Shown in pieces: positions 5,661 through 7,663 of a DNA stretch of 7,663 nucleotides (position 1 is the first letter of the stretch; each line of letters opens with the position of its first letter). The notes under the pieces are model-generated. The model worked only from the letters and a program-made list of their open reading frames with translations. It made no database searches and was not told the origin of the DNA. Origin of the DNA: Octopus sinensis (Eukaryota); NCBI RefSeq assembly GCF_006345805.1, contig NW_021828804.1, forward strand, positions 1-7,663. The letters run 5' to 3'. Both the position numbers and the translations under genes were made by a program.

Positions 5661-6020
5661 TGTTTCTCTAAACAATCTTCAGGCTCTCAGCACATGGTCT
5701 GTTATATTTGAAAATTAGAACGCCGGTAGATGAGAAACCCCTAGGGTAAAGGAGAAGTGAACGAAAAATTATATCGACGGTGATTCCAAAAGACGTTCTT
5801 TCCGGCAAAATAAACCCTCTCAGTTGGTTAGCTACGTATAATGTTTGAAGACAAAACTGCACATCATATACAGTCAAGTGGAGAATCCTAGAGAGATCCA
5901 TGCCATGTGTAAATGGATCTAAGAGAGGTTATTTATGAATAGCTGAAAGATCACATATTCTTTTTAGAGCTAAGATCCGAAACTTTCAGCAAATGCAAGC
6001 ATAGGGGAAAATTTGTTTCA
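5661..6020 (+). mobile_element. Decayed Penelope-like element GIY-YIG endonuclease fragment
   Basis: Frame 1 has SVIF (5698-5709) ... TKNYIDG (5761-5781) ... SFRQNKPSQLVSYV*CLK. Frame 2 from 5867 reads YTVKWRILERSMPCVNGSKRGYL*IAERSHILF. Frame 3 from 5988 reads SKCKHRGKF. Together these follow the PLE pattern VIY...YIG...SF...LSxYVWxLK...YxIKWxILxxxxPY.xGxKxCxLCxxEKxHI...SKCRHxxKF, with stops and two frameshifts. Confidence 0.8.
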
Positions 6021-6061
6021 TCGAACTGGAGAACACCGTTCTCTATGCATGCATCAATGCG

Positions 6062-6217
6062 TGTATACGACGGGCCTCTACACAAATTCACTCACAAGGC
6101 ACTGGTCGGCCCGACATTATAGTGGAAGACACTAGCACAACGTGCCACGCAGTGGGACAGAATCCGAAACCATGTGGTTGGAAAGTAAACCTTTAACTGC
6201 ACAGCTATGTCGGCACC
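6062..6217 (-). mobile_element. 5' (tRNA head/CORE-like) half of an older copy of the same SINE family
   Basis: Aligns with 6478-6625: ACGACGGG, CAAGGC, TGGTCGGCCCGA, TATAGT.GAAGACACT, CACGCAGTGGGAC and CACAGCTAT. B box is degraded (GATTCTGTCCC). Confidence 0.88.
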
Positions 6218-6254
6218 TGAGATGCTACAGAAGCGTCATAATATCGTGTGTATA

Positions 6255-6625
6255 TTCTTTTCTTTTATTCTTTTATTTGTTTCAGTCATTTGACTGCGGC
6301 CATGCTGGAGCACCACCTTTAGTCGAGCAAATCGACACCAGGACTTATTCTTTGTAAGCCTAGTACTTATTCTATCAGTCTCTCTTGCCGAACCGACGGG
6401 GATGTAAACACACCAGCATCGCTTGTCAAGCGATGATGGGGGACAAACAGACACTCAAACATATACATACACATCTACACGACGGGATTCTTTCAGTTTC
6501 CGTCTATCTCTCAAGGCTTTGGTCGGCCCGAGGCTATAGTAGAAGACACTTACCCAAGGTGTCACGCAGTGGGACTGAACCCGGAAGCATGTTGTTAGTA
6601 AGCAAGCTACTTACCACACAGCTAT
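6255..6625 (-). mobile_element. Near full-length tRNA-derived SINE with CORE-like segment and internal microsatellite (octopus OR-type by recollection)
   Basis: Minus strand: A-box-like TAGCTGTGTGG (6624-6614), B box GGTTCAGTCCC (6581-6571), CORE-like CCTTGGGTAAGTGTCTT (6559-6543), internal TG/TA tract (6480-6446), body, and A-rich tail (6278-6255). Two partial paralogues are in this window. Confidence 0.9.
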
Positions 6626-6664
6626 AGACCAGGCGATGTGTGTTTATAATATAATGTTGCGTAT

Positions 6665-6863
6665 GTTGTTGTTTATTCCTTCTCGAGCCCTAATAAGGGC
6701 CGCAGGTGAATTGTTAGAAGGAAAGAGTCAGCAGGTTCTGCCGGAGCCGCGTGGAGTTTAGTTATTTAGCCCATAAACGCACACATCACTCGGTCTGAGA
6801 TTCGACCCCGCGATTCCTCGACCGTGAGTCCGCTGCTCTAACCACTAAGCCATGTGCCTCCAC
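6665..6863 (-). mobile_element. Second tRNA-derived SINE family copy with (AAC)n tail and 12-bp target-site duplication
   Basis: Minus strand: A box TGGCTTAGTGG (6852-6842), B-box-like GGGTCGAATCT (6808-6798), tail GGAATAAACAACAAC. Flanked by AATGTTGCGTAT (6653-6664) and AATGTTGTGTAT (6864-6875). Confidence 0.88.
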
Positions 6864-7004
6864 AATGTTGTGTATACATCTATAAATTCTAATACATGAT
6901 GATTACAATGTTATTAAACCGACAATCCGACAGTCAGTTAAACCAAACAATCAATTTCGTGTTTGCATAATTATTCTATATTATTATTTCTATATTAGCG
7001 TTAT

Positions 7005-7093
7005 CATCATTAACGTTATTATCAAGATGAATATCACCATCATTAAATATCATCACCACCACCATCGTCATCAATCATCATCATCAGTATCCC

Positions 7094-7129
<36 letters not shown>

Positions 7130-7135
7130 TAGTGG
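7005..7135. repeat. Compound trinucleotide chain (ATC/CAC ... (CAG)7(TAG)6)
   Basis: Directly visible. (CAG)7 at 7094-7114 and (TAG)6 at 7115-7132. Confidence 0.92.
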
Positions 7136-7230
7136 TAATTTCCTCTCAAACGATTTTAAGTACACTCCCACTCAAATTTGTAAATCTGTCTCTCACTCGA
7201 CCGTCGCCCTGATGGCGAATAAAAAAAATG

Positions 7231-7313
7231 GTCGTCGTCGTCGTCATCATCATCATCATCATCATCGTCATCGTCGCCGTCGTCGTCATCGTTATTATTA
7301 TTATTATTATTAA

Positions 7314-7351
<38 letters not shown>
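7231..7351. repeat. Compound (GTC)n-(ATC)n-(TTA)n microsatellite
   Basis: Directly visible. It produces the poly-N/D ORF 7156..7353. Confidence 0.96.
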
Positions 7352-7352
<1 letters not shown>

Positions 7353-7365
7353 TTTTTGTCTATAC

Positions 7366-7505
7366 ACTTTTTTGTTGCTTTTTTTTTTTTTTTTAATTTT
7401 TTTATATCAATTTTATATTAATTCATATCGAAATTTTTCTCAGATCTTATTGGAACTAAAATATTCCGATTATTCAAACAACCCTCTTTTGCAATATTGT
7501 TGTTG

Positions 7506-7566
<61 letters not shown>

Positions 7567-7663
7567 CAGTATTATTATTGCTATTATCATTATTGTTATT
7601 ATAATATATTTTTACTTTCTTTCATTAATTTATTATTTTTTTATATTTCTCTTTTCCCTCCTT
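7366..7663. repeat. Poly-T and (TTG)n-(TTA)n low-complexity region
   Basis: T-run at 7379-7394, (TTG)4 then about 18 TTA units at ~7497-7564. Confidence 0.92.

Noticed and set aside
5650-5690. Second hammerhead-like core on minus strand: CUGAAGA-N9-GAAAC-AUU-GUA
   Set aside because: Stem II has at most 2 weak pairs and stem I cannot form (C opposite C). It overlaps the PLE coding remnant on the other strand and is probably chance.
6550-6863. tRNA genes at the A/B-box-containing segments
   Set aside because: They continue into SINE bodies and tails, have paralogous decayed copies or a TSD, and I could not fold a complete cloverleaf.

Overview
Eukaryotic, AT-rich, microsatellite-saturated genomic DNA. 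The SINE types and repeat landscape suggest an octopod cephalopod (my inference, not a database result). No complete protein-coding gene is supported, and nearly all ORFs in the supplied track are microsatellite or low-complexity artefacts. The non-microsatellite islands contain five things. (i) A CpG-rich candidate promoter at ~1200-1350 with CCAAT, an overlapping ETS-CRE motif and Inr-like TCAGT motifs, plus splice donors on both sides that suggest divergent first exons. (ii) A decayed R4/Dong-clade LINE reverse-transcriptase fragment abutting (TAA)15. (iii) A minus-strand minimal type I hammerhead ribozyme at 4448-4514, probably in a Penelope-like element (PLE) terminal repeat. (iv) A decayed PLE GIY-YIG endonuclease fragment that appears to split an old SINE at its internal microsatellite. 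(v) Several tRNA-derived SINEs, one with a 12-bp target-site duplication. The hammerhead is the strongest unusual signal. The promoter, uORF and exon models are plausible but unverified.
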